From a virus (lineage: Duplodnaviria; Caudoviricetes), in the IMG/VR virus record IMGVR_UViG_3300030107_003029, positions 1-61,551 of that record: 61,551 bases of DNA. One strand, written 5' to 3'. The position numbers were made by a program, and so were the translations under genes. This document shows positions 28,237 through 39,365 of the stretch, piece by piece (the stretch's first letter is position 1; the number at the start of each line of letters is the position of its first letter). The notes under the pieces were generated by a model. That model ran no database searches. It had not been told where the DNA came from and saw nothing but the letters and a program-made list of their open reading frames with translations.

Positions 28237-31200
28237 ATGGCAGTCAGTCTAGATGAAGCTTTTAAACAGGAATCCGAACGAGAAGAAAAAGAGAAAGACG
28301 AAGAAGTAGGATTCTTTGAATCAGCATTAGCAGGAGTAGCAACAGGATTATGGAATATTCCTAAAGGAGTATTCTCTCTTGGTGCAACTATGTTAGACTT
28401 AGTCGGAGATACTAATATGGCTAGGGATGTTGAAGCATGGTTTGATGAACAAAACCCATGGGACGATGAAGCTGAAGCAAGAACCATTGGAAAAATTACA
28501 ACCGCATTATCACAAATAGCAATACCGGCTGGGGTAGGTTTTAAAGTAGGTTCTGCGGCAGCTAGAGCGTGGCAAGCAAAGAACGCAACTGACATTGCAC
28601 AAAAAGCATTAGCTGCAAAAAAAGCAGGAAAATATTTTAGTTTAGCACGAGCAGGAGAACTAATTTCTAAGACTCCAGGAAGAGCAAGTTTAACAGGGGG
28701 AATAGTTGGTTCAGGTTTAGGGGAGGCAGTCGTAGCTGATGAAGATATAGGAACCTTTGCTGATATGGCAGAAGGTACATCCTTAGAACCTTTAGCTCTT
28801 ACTATGATGGATAAGAACCAAAGTTTAGAAGGAAGAGAAGATGCATTTAGAAGATTAAAAAATAGATTAAAGTTTGGAACTGAAGGAGCATTATTTAATT
28901 TAGCATTAGTAGGTGCAGGAAAAGGTATTCAAAGATTAAGAGGTAGAGGAGCCCACAAAGGATTAGATGAAGGACTTGATGAATATGGAAAAACTACAAT
29001 CGAACAGGACTTTCAAAAAGTAGGTTCAAGATATGGATTAAGACCTGAAGGAACAGGGACCAAGGCAATTCATGAAATGAAAGGTTACCACCAAGGAACT
29101 GAAAAAGCTATTCGAAGAGCAGCAGGTGTTACTGTAGCCGAAGTTGACACAGCGATTAAAGATTTAGGAAAAAATATATCCGATGTCCAAGGTTATCGTA
29201 ATACACCCGCAGGACAAGAATTATTTAGAAAAAATTTAATGGATAAAGTATTAGCTCCTAATCCAAAAGATAAATTTGGTAGGAATATTGATGCAGGCAC
29301 ACTTCTTAAACCTGAAGCAAAAACAAGAATTCTTAAAGAATTAGAACTTGTTAGAAGATATAATAAACTAAGACATAAGATTCGTGAACTGACTCCTAGG
29401 ATGAATAATCCTAGATTAGATATGGATGCAAGAAGAGCATTACAACAAGAACTTGACACATTAAGAAATGAATGGAATTCATTAAGAAGAACTAATCCAG
29501 ATATCATTGACTTGGTTAAAAGAGTTGAAGGTGAAGGGGCTTTTAAAGCTGATGATTACTATAGATCAACGGATGAAAATTTAACAGGAGATGCTGCTAA
29601 AGCCTTAAAACAAATGATGGATGAAGTTTCCAAAACAGGGGGTGCCATTAAGCCTTTAGAAGATTCTGTTATTCAAATGAGAATGGCGATTGATAATATG
29701 TCTGGAAGATTGGGAATTGGAGGTACTTCTGATGAGGCTTTTGAAACAGTCAAAGCTAATCTTGGAAAATATATGACTAAAGTTTATCGTCATCATGAAC
29801 AAAAAGGTTTATGGGGATTAGGAAAATATAAACCTATGGCTGAAGAAATAAATGCAGCTAAATCTAGTTTTGTAGATAGTAGATTAATTGGGGCTCGAAG
29901 AAAAATTTTAGCAGATAAATTAAAAGCAGCAAACGCTTCAGCACGTGCAGCTACAACACCTGGAACTCTGGCAGAAGTAATAAAAAAAGGAGATCCAATG
30001 TGGCAACAGTTTGAAAAAGAAGCCATCGAACAAGTAGATAAATTAAGTAAGAATCCTAAGTATATCGAAGGAATAGAAAGAGAAGCCGATGAAGCTATAG
30101 CTAGATATTTAGATAAAATTGCAAAAGATGAAATAGCTGTTCCAGGATCAATTAAGAAAAAAGGTTTTGGGGATGTTGATGTTAAAGAATTAGACGAGAT
30201 TAGAATTGATAACAGTGTTTTAAAAGAAAGAGTATTAGAACCATGGCAACGACATTTATTAGGAGAGGTTAAAGATCCTTCTTATACTTTCTTTGCAACA
30301 GTTGGTAAACAAGCTCATTTAAATTCTACTTTAAGAATTATGGATGATATTGCTAAAATGGGAACTCAAGGCGAAAACCCTTTTGTAAAAACAGCCGATG
30401 AAGTTATAGATGCCATTGATCCACGAACAGGTGATGTTGATGTAAGAAAATGGAAAAAGGTAGATGGCTTAGAAGGAATAGCTACTCCTTTAGATAATCT
30501 TTATATTAAAGCACCATATTATGATGCCATTTTTGACACGCGAAGTAATTGGTTGGATAGAAGTAGTGTAGGTTTATTTTATAAGTATGCAATCTTAGGA
30601 CCAAAAGCAACATCTCAAATTGCTAAAACTATTTTATCACCTTTAACTCACGTTCGAAACGCATTAAGTGCAGGTGCCTTTGTAGCAGCGAATGGTGCCT
30701 TCTTTCCAAACTACGGAGATATCCAAATGCTTTTACCAAAAGCATTAGGGGGACAAGCCATTTATAAACAAGCTTGGAATTTATCTGGTAAAAGAGTTCT
30801 TGGTACAATGACTAAAGCCGATGAGGCTTTATACCAAAGGCTTTTAAAAGTTGGAGTAGTAGATTCACAAGTTCAAGCAGGTGAAATAAAACAACTCTTA
30901 GATGATATTTTAAAAGACCCATCCAAAATTGATAGACAAATGGGGTCAAGGATTCCAAGTAAAGTAGATGCAGCTAGAAGAAAAGCATTAAAAGGTTTTG
31001 CTAAACTTCAAGACTCATATGTAGCAGAAGATGATTTCTGGAAAGTAATTAACTGGAGCTTAGAACGAAATAGATATGATCAACTTGCTAAAACTATGGG
31101 ACTTAACCGAGACAACTTTAAAGAATTTTTAACACCAGGTACTGTAAAAGGAAACTCATCTGCTGGTAAATATTTTCAAAAGATGGCACAAAGAAAAGGA

Positions 31201-32793
31201 TATATTAATAGTGCTATTACTCCCGAAGAAGGGTTCTCTAATTTTTTAGATGAAGTTGCAGGAAAACTTACTCGTAATAATGTACCTAACTATGGCTACA
31301 TTGGTAGAACAGGTAGAGCTCTAAGACAAACTCCTTTTGGAAACTTCATAGCCTTTCCAATTGAAATTATGAGAACAGGAAATAATATTTATACTACAGC
31401 GATTGATGAAATTACAACAGGAATTGGAAAAGGAACTTGGGACAATCCAGAGTTTAAAGAACTTTATCAAATGGGACTTAAAAGATTATTTAGTTTTGGT
31501 GCAACCACAGTCGGAGTTCCAAGTAGTCTTGTAGCGACAGCTAAAGCATATCATGATGTTGATGATGAAGAAATGGATGCACTTAGAAAGATGGTTCCAG
31601 AGTGGTCTAAAAATTCTACATTAATACCAATGGGTAGAGATGAAAATGGATATTTAAAATATATCGATTTCAGTTATTCCAATGCTTACGATACTTTGAT
31701 CAGACCTTTTAATGCAATTGTTACAGCTTTAGGTGAGAATGAAGGTAGAGATTCTTTAATGAAAGCTTTGGGTACTGGAATGGAAGATAGTTTATCTGAA
31801 ATATTAAAACCTTACGCTACTGAATCTATTTACACAGAAGCATTGATAGATGCTGTAATTAGAAAAGGAGTTGGTAGAGGAGGAAGAAAAATTTGGAACG
31901 ATGAAGATGATTGGGGAGTTAAGACAGGTAAATCATTATTACATTTAGGAAAAGCATTAGAGCCAGGTTCTTGGAGACAATTAATTAGAATAGGTAGAGC
32001 CGCTACGGGAACAACTGATAAATATGGAAGACACCATAAATTAGAAGATGAAATTCATTCTCTTTATGGAATGCGTATTATAAATTCTGATCCAGAAAAT
32101 TCAATGAAATATATGATCACTGATTTTACTAAGAGATTGACTAATGATAGAAACTTATTTCAATCTCCATTGATCAAGGGAGGAAGAGTTAGTCCTAATG
32201 ATATTTTAAATAGATATAAATATTCAGAAGCCAAAAGATTTGCCACTATGAAAGAAATGTATCAACAAATTGAAGCAGCTAGAAAACTTGGAGTACCTGA
32301 TTCCAAAATTAAAAAAATGTTATACGCTAGAAAAGGATTAGATCGAGATGTAGCAAAAGATGTATTAAAAGGATTATATGAACCCAAGAGACCAAGTACA
32401 TTCTTTAAAAAAAGAATAGCAGAAATTAATAGAGACTTAAATGAAAAAGAAGGAGTTGATATTGAAAACCCATATCAACTAGCCCTACCATTTATTATGG
32501 AAATTATTCGGTCTAACAGCAACATAAGTCTTTTAGATGACTACATTAAAATTCCTGAGTTTGAAGAAGAAATTCCTGATCCAACTGGAGCATTAGGATT
32601 AAAGGTTCAAAATATGTTGCCTGGAAATACCCAAGTTCCACAAAACTATAATTTAGATGCAGGTATCGTCCAAGCCTTTAACCAGGGAACAGGGACCGAC
32701 CAAGTAAGTCCTGTTACAGGATTAACTTATGTAGAAGAGTCTTTACTTAAACCTTGGGAAAAAATAATAAAACAAAAAGAGAGAACAACATAA
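28237..32793 (+). CDS. Large internal virion/ejection protein (1518 aa)
   Basis: Size, position at end of morphogenesis block, PFGNFIAFP.E..R pattern. Confidence 0.75.
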   Translation: MAVSLDEAFKQESEREEKEKDEEVGFFESALAGVATGLWNIPKGVFSLGATMLDLVGDTNMARDVEAWFDEQNPWDDEAEARTIGKITTALSQIAIPAGVGFKVGSAAARAWQAKNATDIAQKALAAKKAGKYFSLARAGELISKTPGRASLTGGIVGSGLGEAVVADEDIGTFADMAEGTSLEPLALTMMDKNQSLEGREDAFRRLKNRLKFGTEGALFNLALVGAGKGIQRLRGRGAHKGLDEGLDEYGKTTIEQDFQKVGSRYGLRPEGTGTKAIHEMKGYHQGTEKAIRRAAGVTVAEVDTAIKDLGKNISDVQGYRNTPAGQELFRKNLMDKVLAPNPKDKFGRNIDAGTLLKPEAKTRILKELELVRRYNKLRHKIRELTPRMNNPRLDMDARRALQQELDTLRNEWNSLRRTNPDIIDLVKRVEGEGAFKADDYYRSTDENLTGDAAKALKQMMDEVSKTGGAIKPLEDSVIQMRMAIDNMSGRLGIGGTSDEAFETVKANLGKYMTKVYRHHEQKGLWGLGKYKPMAEEINAAKSSFVDSRLIGARRKILADKLKAANASARAATTPGTLAEVIKKGDPMWQQFEKEAIEQVDKLSKNPKYIEGIEREADEAIARYLDKIAKDEIAVPGSIKKKGFGDVDVKELDEIRIDNSVLKERVLEPWQRHLLGEVKDPSYTFFATVGKQAHLNSTLRIMDDIAKMGTQGENPFVKTADEVIDAIDPRTGDVDVRKWKKVDGLEGIATPLDNLYIKAPYYDAIFDTRSNWLDRSSVGLFYKYAILGPKATSQIAKTILSPLTHVRNALSAGAFVAANGAFFPNYGDIQMLLPKALGGQAIYKQAWNLSGKRVLGTMTKADEALYQRLLKVGVVDSQVQAGEIKQLLDDILKDPSKIDRQMGSRIPSKVDAARRKALKGFAKLQDSYVAEDDFWKVINWSLERNRYDQLAKTMGLNRDNFKEFLTPGTVKGNSSAGKYFQKMAQRKGYINSAITPEEGFSNFLDEVAGKLTRNNVPNYGYIGRTGRALRQTPFGNFIAFPIEIMRTGNNIYTTAIDEITTGIGKGTWDNPEFKELYQMGLKRLFSFGATTVGVPSSLVATAKAYHDVDDEEMDALRKMVPEWSKNSTLIPMGRDENGYLKYIDFSYSNAYDTLIRPFNAIVTALGENEGRDSLMKALGTGMEDSLSEILKPYATESIYTEALIDAVIRKGVGRGGRKIWNDEDDWGVKTGKSLLHLGKALEPGSWRQLIRIGRAATGTTDKYGRHHKLEDEIHSLYGMRIINSDPENSMKYMITDFTKRLTNDRNLFQSPLIKGGRVSPNDILNRYKYSEAKRFATMKEMYQQIEAARKLGVPDSKIKKMLYARKGLDRDVAKDVLKGLYEPKRPSTFFKKRIAEINRDLNEKEGVDIENPYQLALPFIMEIIRSNSNISLLDDYIKIPEFEEEIPDPTGALGLKVQNMLPGNTQVPQNYNLDAGIVQAFNQGTGTDQVSPVTGLTYVEESLLKPWEKIIKQKERTT

Positions 32794-33005
32794 TGGATAT
32801 AAAACCTAAAAGTACTAGAGAACATCTCATTTCTCTTTATGGCCACATCACAGGTCTAAAGAAGTCACAATATCATATGCACAAAGGCATCCACGAATTG
32901 GGCGGCAAGATAGACAAAATCTATTGGGTATTATTAGGTACAGTGGGGGCTGTATCCTTAGTTCTTCTAGAAAGAATTCTAGATATCAAAGGCTTTATAT
33001 TTTAA
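32793..33005 (+). CDS. Small membrane-anchored protein (probable start ATG 32793)
   Basis: TAATG coupling; C-terminal TM helix. Confidence 0.6.
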   Translation: MDIKPKSTREHLISLYGHITGLKKSQYHMHKGIHELGGKIDKIYWVLLGTVGAVSLVLLERILDIKGFIF

Positions 33006-34432
33006 ATCCAGTCTTTAAGTTCTTCACCCATTATTTGGGTAGCGATATCAACTTTCTTTCTAAGAGACTTAACAATTCTTTCATCAACTGTGTCTTCACA
33101 GATGATGTCAATATATGTCATCGGTCTTGTTTGACCAATCCTATCAATCCTTGCTTCTGATTGCTGACGCTTCTCTAAATCATAACCATTAGAATAATAA
33201 ATCATTGTAGATGCTGCCGTTAAAGTAATACCATATCCCCCTGTTTGTGGAGTTCCTACAAAGAATCTTATGTTAGGATCTTCTTGAAACTTTTTAATAT
33301 TATCTTGCCTTTCATTAGCAGGGGTCAATCCAAAGTAATCCACGCAATGACCTTTATCAAATTCATTATTGATAGCTTCTATTATTTTGTAGACATCTTT
33401 TTGCCAATGCGCCCAGATGACAACCTTACCTTCAACTTCATGAAGGACATTTATTAGTTCATCAATACGATTATTTTTAACATCTTGAGTGGTACCATCA
33501 TCAGCCGTAAAGTGACCACAAGTAATTTGTTGCAGTCTCATCAATTGTGTTAGAACTGTGGCGGTCGTCATACTTTTGCCATTAAGATATGCAAGTGCCA
33601 TTTGTTTCATTTGGTTATATAATTTAAGCTGATCGTGGCTTAATTGAATAACTCTCTTCATAAAAGTTTTAGGAGGTAAATCCAAGCAATCATCTTTTAA
33701 AACTCTATAAGAAAAAGCCTTTAATTTCACGGTTAATTCGGGGAGTCTCTGATAACCAACTACAATATTTACTTGCCTTCCACCGAAATTCATCTTTCTC
33801 ATGACAGCGTATCTTTGTTTAAATGTATAAAAGGACACATGACCAAGGAGCTCGGGTCTTAAGAACTCACATTGTTTGAATAAATCTAGCGGCGATTTTG
33901 TGACAGGAGAACCTGTAAGAATTCTACGATACCTAGAATGAATAGAAAGACTACAGATATTCTTAGTTCTTTTAGCTTCAGGATTTTTAATGGTTGTACT
34001 CTCATCAATAACCATCATTGTTCTATGGCAAGATAAAAACTTAGCCGCAAACTCAACACCTTTAGTAGTAGAGAATGCTTCCACATTCATACATAATATA
34101 TGTAAGCGATGGTCTGTATCAAACAGGGTTCTTAATATTTTATCCTGCTTCTTATTTATATTGGCTTGCCATAACACATTAGTTGTTTCAATATGGTCAG
34201 CTAAGTGGGCGGGGATTTCTTGTTCGTGCCAATTCTTATATACCCCTTTTGGCGCTATAATTAATAGGCCATCTATTTTACCATTGTCATAAAGCATTGC
34301 CGCATTGTCTATAAGTACTTTAGATTTACCTGTACCCATTTCCATAAAGTAGGCGTAATACTCTTTTTGCCAGGATTTTTCCAACGCAGTAATTTGATGT
34401 GCGTATGGATTCGTCTTAAATTTATAGTTCAT
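33002..34432 (-). CDS. SNF2-family (SF2) helicase
   Basis: MEMGTGKS, IDES, LTGSP, QSEARIDRIGQ; likely start MNYKF at 34432. Confidence 0.92.
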   Translation of the reverse strand: MNYKFKTNPYAHQITALEKSWQKEYYAYFMEMGTGKSKVLIDNAAMLYDNGKIDGLLIIAPKGVYKNWHEQEIPAHLADHIETTNVLWQANINKKQDKILRTLFDTDHRLHILCMNVEAFSTTKGVEFAAKFLSCHRTMMVIDESTTIKNPEAKRTKNICSLSIHSRYRRILTGSPVTKSPLDLFKQCEFLRPELLGHVSFYTFKQRYAVMRKMNFGGRQVNIVVGYQRLPELTVKLKAFSYRVLKDDCLDLPPKTFMKRVIQLSHDQLKLYNQMKQMALAYLNGKSMTTATVLTQLMRLQQITCGHFTADDGTTQDVKNNRIDELINVLHEVEGKVVIWAHWQKDVYKIIEAINNEFDKGHCVDYFGLTPANERQDNIKKFQEDPNIRFFVGTPQTGGYGITLTAASTMIYYSNGYDLEKRQQSEARIDRIGQTRPMTYIDIICEDTVDERIVKSLRKKVDIATQIMGEELKDWI

Positions 34433-34450
34433 AATTTTTCTTCTTTCTGT

Positions 34451-34489
34451 ATTGACATCTTTTAACACAAGATATATATCTTTGTCAAT
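34451..34489. promoter_or_regulatory. Facing TTGACA boxes (attgaca...tgtcaat) between divergent genes
   Basis: Inverted -35 hexamers at 34452 and 34483-88; -10 boxes weak. Confidence 0.5.
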
Positions 34490-34844
34490 GAAAGAAAATA
34501 CAGTTTATGTAATTCAAGAAATACCGGGAACTCGGGAAGGCCGACCCAAAATAAATATTATGGGGGCAGCTGACTACGGGACCTTAAAATTTTTATTACC
34601 TGAACTTTCACAAATAATTTTTTCTCCGGGTCCATTAATTTTTAAATTAAGAAAAACCCTGAAAGATTTTACGAGTGATGATTATCTTTTATTAACTGGA
34701 GATCCTGCTATAATTGGTGTGGCTTGTTCAATTGTATCGGATATAACAAATGGAAAATACAAGCTTTTAAAATGGGATAAACAAGAGAGAAAATATTATC
34801 CTATTACAATTAATCTATATGAGAAAGGAGAAATAGATGATTAA
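34488..34844 (+). CDS. Conserved phage hypothetical protein (YLLLTGDP)
   Basis: Start ATG 34488; head of replication operon. Confidence 0.75.
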   Translation: MKENTVYVIQEIPGTREGRPKINIMGAADYGTLKFLLPELSQIIFSPGPLIFKLRKTLKDFTSDDYLLLTGDPAIIGVACSIVSDITNGKYKLLKWDKQERKYYPITINLYEKGEIDD

Positions 34845-35430
34845 TGATGACGTAAAAGTTAAAGTGTTCACAGGTAGTGGATCTATTAACTTCGAAGAAG
34901 ATAGAAAAGAAAGTTTAGGAGCAGTTAATGAGGCTAAAGAACTTTCTGATCAAGTAGTTAATCTTCGATCTTTGGAAGATGAGATTGAAGAAAAAGAAAA
35001 AGAACTAAAAGAGTTGAAAAGAAAATCTGAATTATTGTCAGGAGAAGTTATTCCGACTATGATGCAGGAAATGAATATTTCAACTTTAAAATTAGCAGAT
35101 GGTTCCGCTGTTGAAGTGAAACCTATCTACGGTGCTTCTATTCCTAAAGATAAACAGGAAGGAGCATTTAAATGGCTTCGAGATAACGGCCTGGGTGATT
35201 TGATTAAGAATCAAATTATCGTTGCTTTTGGTCGTAACGAAGACAACAAGGCAATGGCTTACGCTACCCTTGCGCAAGGTCAAGGATATGAACCTGTCCA
35301 GAAATTAAAGGTTGAACCCATGACCCTTAAAGCTTTAGTTCGTGAGCGTCTTGAATCTGGAAAAGAGATGCCCACGGAACTATTTAACGTGTTTGCAGGC
35401 AACCAAACCAAAATAACAAGGAGCAAATAA
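34837..35430 (+). CDS. Replication-module hypothetical protein
   Basis: Coiled coil + AFKWLRDNG.GDLIK, V.PMTLKA. Confidence 0.75.
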   Translation: MINDDVKVKVFTGSGSINFEEDRKESLGAVNEAKELSDQVVNLRSLEDEIEEKEKELKELKRKSELLSGEVIPTMMQEMNISTLKLADGSAVEVKPIYGASIPKDKQEGAFKWLRDNGLGDLIKNQIIVAFGRNEDNKAMAYATLAQGQGYEPVQKLKVEPMTLKALVRERLESGKEMPTELFNVFAGNQTKITRSK

Positions 35431-35432
35431 CC

Positions 35433-36203
35433 ATGAACCAAGAAACAAACGTTCAAGTTAAATCCAATGCACAGCTTCCAGCGAATACATTCGAGCAGGA
35501 TGCAGGCAAAGGATTGGGTAAACTAACTCAAGAAGATTTAGCTTTACCTTTTTTAAAAATCCTAGGGCAGCTATCTCCCGAAGTAAATAAGAGAGATGGT
35601 AAATATGTCGAAGGTGCAGAACCAGGAATGATTTTCAATTCTGTTTCTGGAGAGTTATATGATGGTACGAAGGGCATTAGTGTCATTCCGTGTTTTTATA
35701 AACTCGAATACATCGAATGGAAAGACAGAGGAGAAGGATCAGGTGGACCTGTAGCAATACATTCGTCAGCATCTGATATAATGAGTAAAACAAAAATGGA
35801 CGCAAACTATAAAGATAGATTACCTAACGGTAATTATATTGAAAAGACTGCGAGTCATTTTGTATTAATTACTCAACCAACAGCCGCAACCGCATTGATT
35901 TCTATGAAATCTACTCAATTAAAAATTAGTAGAAAGTGGAACTCAATGATGGCAGGAATAAAGATGAAGGGAAAGAATGGTATGTTCACTCCTGCATCTT
36001 TTAGCCATACTTATCAATTAAGAACTGTACAACAGTCTAATGATAAAGGAACTTGGTTTGGCTGGGAGGTACAAAAGATCGGTCCTGTATCTAATACAGA
36101 GATTTATCAACAAGCTAAAGCTTTTGCTGACAATATTTCTCAAGGAAATGTTAAAGCAAAGCATGGTGAAGCAGCCCCGAAAGAGGCAGGTTCACACTTC
36201 TAA
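35433..36203 (+). CDS. Putative ssDNA-binding protein
   Basis: Position, beta-rich, terminal Phe; function inferred. Confidence 0.5.
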   Translation: MNQETNVQVKSNAQLPANTFEQDAGKGLGKLTQEDLALPFLKILGQLSPEVNKRDGKYVEGAEPGMIFNSVSGELYDGTKGISVIPCFYKLEYIEWKDRGEGSGGPVAIHSSASDIMSKTKMDANYKDRLPNGNYIEKTASHFVLITQPTAATALISMKSTQLKISRKWNSMMAGIKMKGKNGMFTPASFSHTYQLRTVQQSNDKGTWFGWEVQKIGPVSNTEIYQQAKAFADNISQGNVKAKHGEAAPKEAGSHF

Positions 36204-36227
36204 TTCCTTTTGGGAATAGTTGCAACA

Positions 36228-36257
36228 GAGGCGGGGAAGCGAGAGTGGAACCGCCTC
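36228..36257 (+). promoter_or_regulatory. Hairpin with GAGA tetraloop and GGAA/GGAA internal loop upstream of primase
   Basis: gaggcgg/ccgcctc stem. Confidence 0.55.
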
Positions 36258-36270
36258 AGAAAAACATGCT

Positions 36271-37887
36271 ATGGAGCAAAAGTTTATAGAAATATTTACA
36301 GGATTTAGTGATAACTACGGGCAAGCTGACATGCAACGCCTTGAGGTAGACCCTATCTCTAAAAAACAAAAGCCTGAATACAGATGGGCACAAAGCAAAA
36401 TTACTGACGAAGATTACTTAGACCATTTAAAAGGAACTAAATCAATTGGTGTTCAACCATGTAATGAAAAGAATCATGCAAGGTTTGGAGCAATTGATAT
36501 TGACCCTAATGAATACCAGGGTTTTAATAGAAAATTTTATTTAGATAAAATTAAAGAATATAACTTACCTTTAATCCCTATTCTTTCTAAGAGTGGTGGA
36601 CTTCATATTTATATTTTTACAAAAGAATTTATACCAGCAAGTATTATTAGATCTTTTTTAACTAATTTAATTCCAATATTTAATTTAAAACCTGAAACAG
36701 AAGTGTTCCCTAAACAGACAGAACTTGTCAAAGACAGTGAGACCGGGGAAATTAATAAGGGGAATTTTATTAACCTCCCTTATTTTAAGACAACAGAAAG
36801 AAGAGCTCTTAATTTCGACGGAACAGAATTTCCTTTTGAACAATTCATACCATTAGTAGAAGCAAATTTTTTAGATGCAGAAAGAATTAAAGACATAGAC
36901 GAACAGTTAGAGAAAAAAGTTTTAGAAGGATCAAGTGCAGAATTTATAGATGGTCCTCCGTGTTTGGCAGCACTATCAAAAAATAAATTAAGTGATGGCA
37001 GAGATAGATTTTTATATAATTATATGGTCTTTGCTAAAAAGAAATACCCAGACAATTGGGAAGAGAAAGTAATGAGTGCACCCGTATTATATTTTGAAGA
37101 CTCAGTTGCTTGGTCTAAACAAAAACTATCTCAGAAGATTCGTTCCTGGAAACAAAACTATAAAGGTTACACGTGTAATCAAGATCCCATTGCTCCACAT
37201 TGTATGAGAGGGTTGTGTGTAAAAAGAGCTTTTGGAGTTGCATCAGATTTTCAAGATTCATATCCTTTATGTGGTAACTTAGAAAAAGTAGATCTTGAAC
37301 CAGAACCAGAATATAATTTTGATGTTACTCTTCCTGATGGACAGACTGTAAGATCAGTTCATTGTAAAACAATTGAACATTTAACAGACCAAAGAAAAAG
37401 AAGAAATTCCATAGCAAAGTACGCAGGATTCGTCCCACCTTTACAAAAAGGTGCGGACGACCAGAAAGTATTAGATGGTTTATTTAAAACTCAAAAAGTA
37501 ATGCCACCACCAATTGGTACAACACCAAGAGAAAAACTTCACGACAATCTTTATCAAAAGATTACAGGACCCGAAGCTAAGAATGATGCATCGTTTAAAT
37601 CAGGGACTACTCTTCTTCAAGAAGGCTATGCTTATTTTAAATTTGATATGTTTTATAAAAAATTAAAAAATAAAGGATGGCGTTATCCCGAGGATAAGAC
37701 AGGTTCTATGATGTTAAAGATATACAAAGATTGTGAAATAGATTTTCTAGATCAAAAAAGATTTCCGACTAAAGAAAAAGGTAGACACAATAGTCCTACT
37801 AAAAATGTAGTAGTCATTGCTGTTAAAAAATTTGATAAAATTCAAATCTTTCATAAACTAACCGAACATAAAAAGGATATTCTGTGA
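36271..37887 (+). CDS. AEP-type primase (primase-polymerase-like)
   Basis: AIDID, SKSGGLH, INLPY; PPC and Cys-rich C-terminal domain; start MEQKF. Confidence 0.75.
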   Translation: MEQKFIEIFTGFSDNYGQADMQRLEVDPISKKQKPEYRWAQSKITDEDYLDHLKGTKSIGVQPCNEKNHARFGAIDIDPNEYQGFNRKFYLDKIKEYNLPLIPILSKSGGLHIYIFTKEFIPASIIRSFLTNLIPIFNLKPETEVFPKQTELVKDSETGEINKGNFINLPYFKTTERRALNFDGTEFPFEQFIPLVEANFLDAERIKDIDEQLEKKVLEGSSAEFIDGPPCLAALSKNKLSDGRDRFLYNYMVFAKKKYPDNWEEKVMSAPVLYFEDSVAWSKQKLSQKIRSWKQNYKGYTCNQDPIAPHCMRGLCVKRAFGVASDFQDSYPLCGNLEKVDLEPEPEYNFDVTLPDGQTVRSVHCKTIEHLTDQRKRRNSIAKYAGFVPPLQKGADDQKVLDGLFKTQKVMPPPIGTTPREKLHDNLYQKITGPEAKNDASFKSGTTLLQEGYAYFKFDMFYKKLKNKGWRYPEDKTGSMMLKIYKDCEIDFLDQKRFPTKEKGRHNSPTKNVVVIAVKKFDKIQIFHKLTEHKKDIL

Positions 37888-39365
37888 TAAGAAAAATATT
37901 GGGTCCCCCTGGTACAGGTAAAACCACTAGACTTTTAAAGTATGTACAAACATTTTTAAAATTAGGAACTCCATTAGATAAGATAGGATACTTCGCATTC
38001 ACTAAGAAAGCAGCTAACGAAGCAAAAGAAAGAATGTTAAAAATATATCCTCAGTATGGGTATAGAGATTTAAGGTCTTTTCAAACTCTACATTCACTGG
38101 CTTTTGCAACTTTAGGTATGAAGAAAGATAATGTTATGCAACCCGAACACTACGAAGAAGTGGGTAAAGCAATTGGTATACAGGTAACAGTTTATAAAGG
38201 AGGAGAAGAAGACACAGGATACATAGATTCTGATAGTGAATACTTTAATATTATTAATATAGCTCGGATTAAAAACCATACTATTAAAGAAGAATTTGAT
38301 ACTGATTTATATTCAGATGATTTGGAATATAATTTTTTAGAAATTATAGAAAAAGAATTAAACAATTATAAAAAATCTTTTGGGTTAGTGGACTTCACAG
38401 ATATGATTGAAAGATTTATTGAATCTAATTTATGTCCTAAGTTTGATGTAATCTTTATTGATGAAGCCCAAGACCTTTCCCCTATTCAATGGAAGATGTA
38501 CGATATCCTAAAGAAAAATTCTAAAATAGTTATTCTTGCAGGAGATGATGATCAAGCTATTTATGGATGGGCAGGTGCAGATGTCAAAAGATTCCAAGAT
38601 GAACCCGCTAAAGAAAAAGTTTTACCTAAATCTTATAGAGTTCCAATTAAAGTTCAACAGGTTGCAGACTCTATTATTACTCAAATATCTACCCGACTTA
38701 CAAAAGAATGGGAACCTAGAGATTATGAGGGACACTGTGAAGATGTCTATAGTATTGATGAAGTTGATTTAACACAAGGTAATTGGTTAATACTCGCAAG
38801 AACTAATTATAGATTAATTAAATTAAAAGAACCTTTAATAGAACGAGGAATTTATTTTGAATATAAAGATAGAAAAAGTTTTAGTGCGAAACTTTATAAA
38901 GCCATTCAAGATTTTACAAGATGGACTAATGGGAACCCACTTACACCACCTGAAATAAAAGATATTTTTGATTATACGGGACACACCTTTGATGTAGATG
39001 AAGCAAATACTTATGAATGTACGGAGTTTGGAATTGATTATACAGATACCTGGTACGAAAAATTCAACGCTGATCCAGAACAAACATTATACATTAGACA
39101 AATGTTAAGTAATAAAGAAAAACTTTCTCAAGATGCACGAGTTAAACTTTCCACAATCCATTCAGCAAAAGGAGGCGAAGCTGATAATGTATTATTGATA
39201 CTAGATAATACAGATAAGATTAGGGAAGCAATAGAAAAAAGCCCTGAGAAAGCAGACGAAGAACATCGAGTTTGGTATGTCGGTGTTACAAGAACAAAAC
39301 AAAATCTATACATCATGGCAGCAAAGGAGGAAAGACTAGGATATGAAATCCAAAGTATACACTAA
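37884..39365 (+). CDS. UvrD/Rep-like SF1 helicase
   Basis: GPPGTGKT, IDEAQD, GDDDQAIY, STIHSAKGGE, YVGVTR. Confidence 0.92.
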   Translation: MIRKILGPPGTGKTTRLLKYVQTFLKLGTPLDKIGYFAFTKKAANEAKERMLKIYPQYGYRDLRSFQTLHSLAFATLGMKKDNVMQPEHYEEVGKAIGIQVTVYKGGEEDTGYIDSDSEYFNIINIARIKNHTIKEEFDTDLYSDDLEYNFLEIIEKELNNYKKSFGLVDFTDMIERFIESNLCPKFDVIFIDEAQDLSPIQWKMYDILKKNSKIVILAGDDDQAIYGWAGADVKRFQDEPAKEKVLPKSYRVPIKVQQVADSIITQISTRLTKEWEPRDYEGHCEDVYSIDEVDLTQGNWLILARTNYRLIKLKEPLIERGIYFEYKDRKSFSAKLYKAIQDFTRWTNGNPLTPPEIKDIFDYTGHTFDVDEANTYECTEFGIDYTDTWYEKFNADPEQTLYIRQMLSNKEKLSQDARVKLSTIHSAKGGEADNVLLILDNTDKIREAIEKSPEKADEEHRVWYVGVTRTKQNLYIMAAKEERLGYEIQSIH

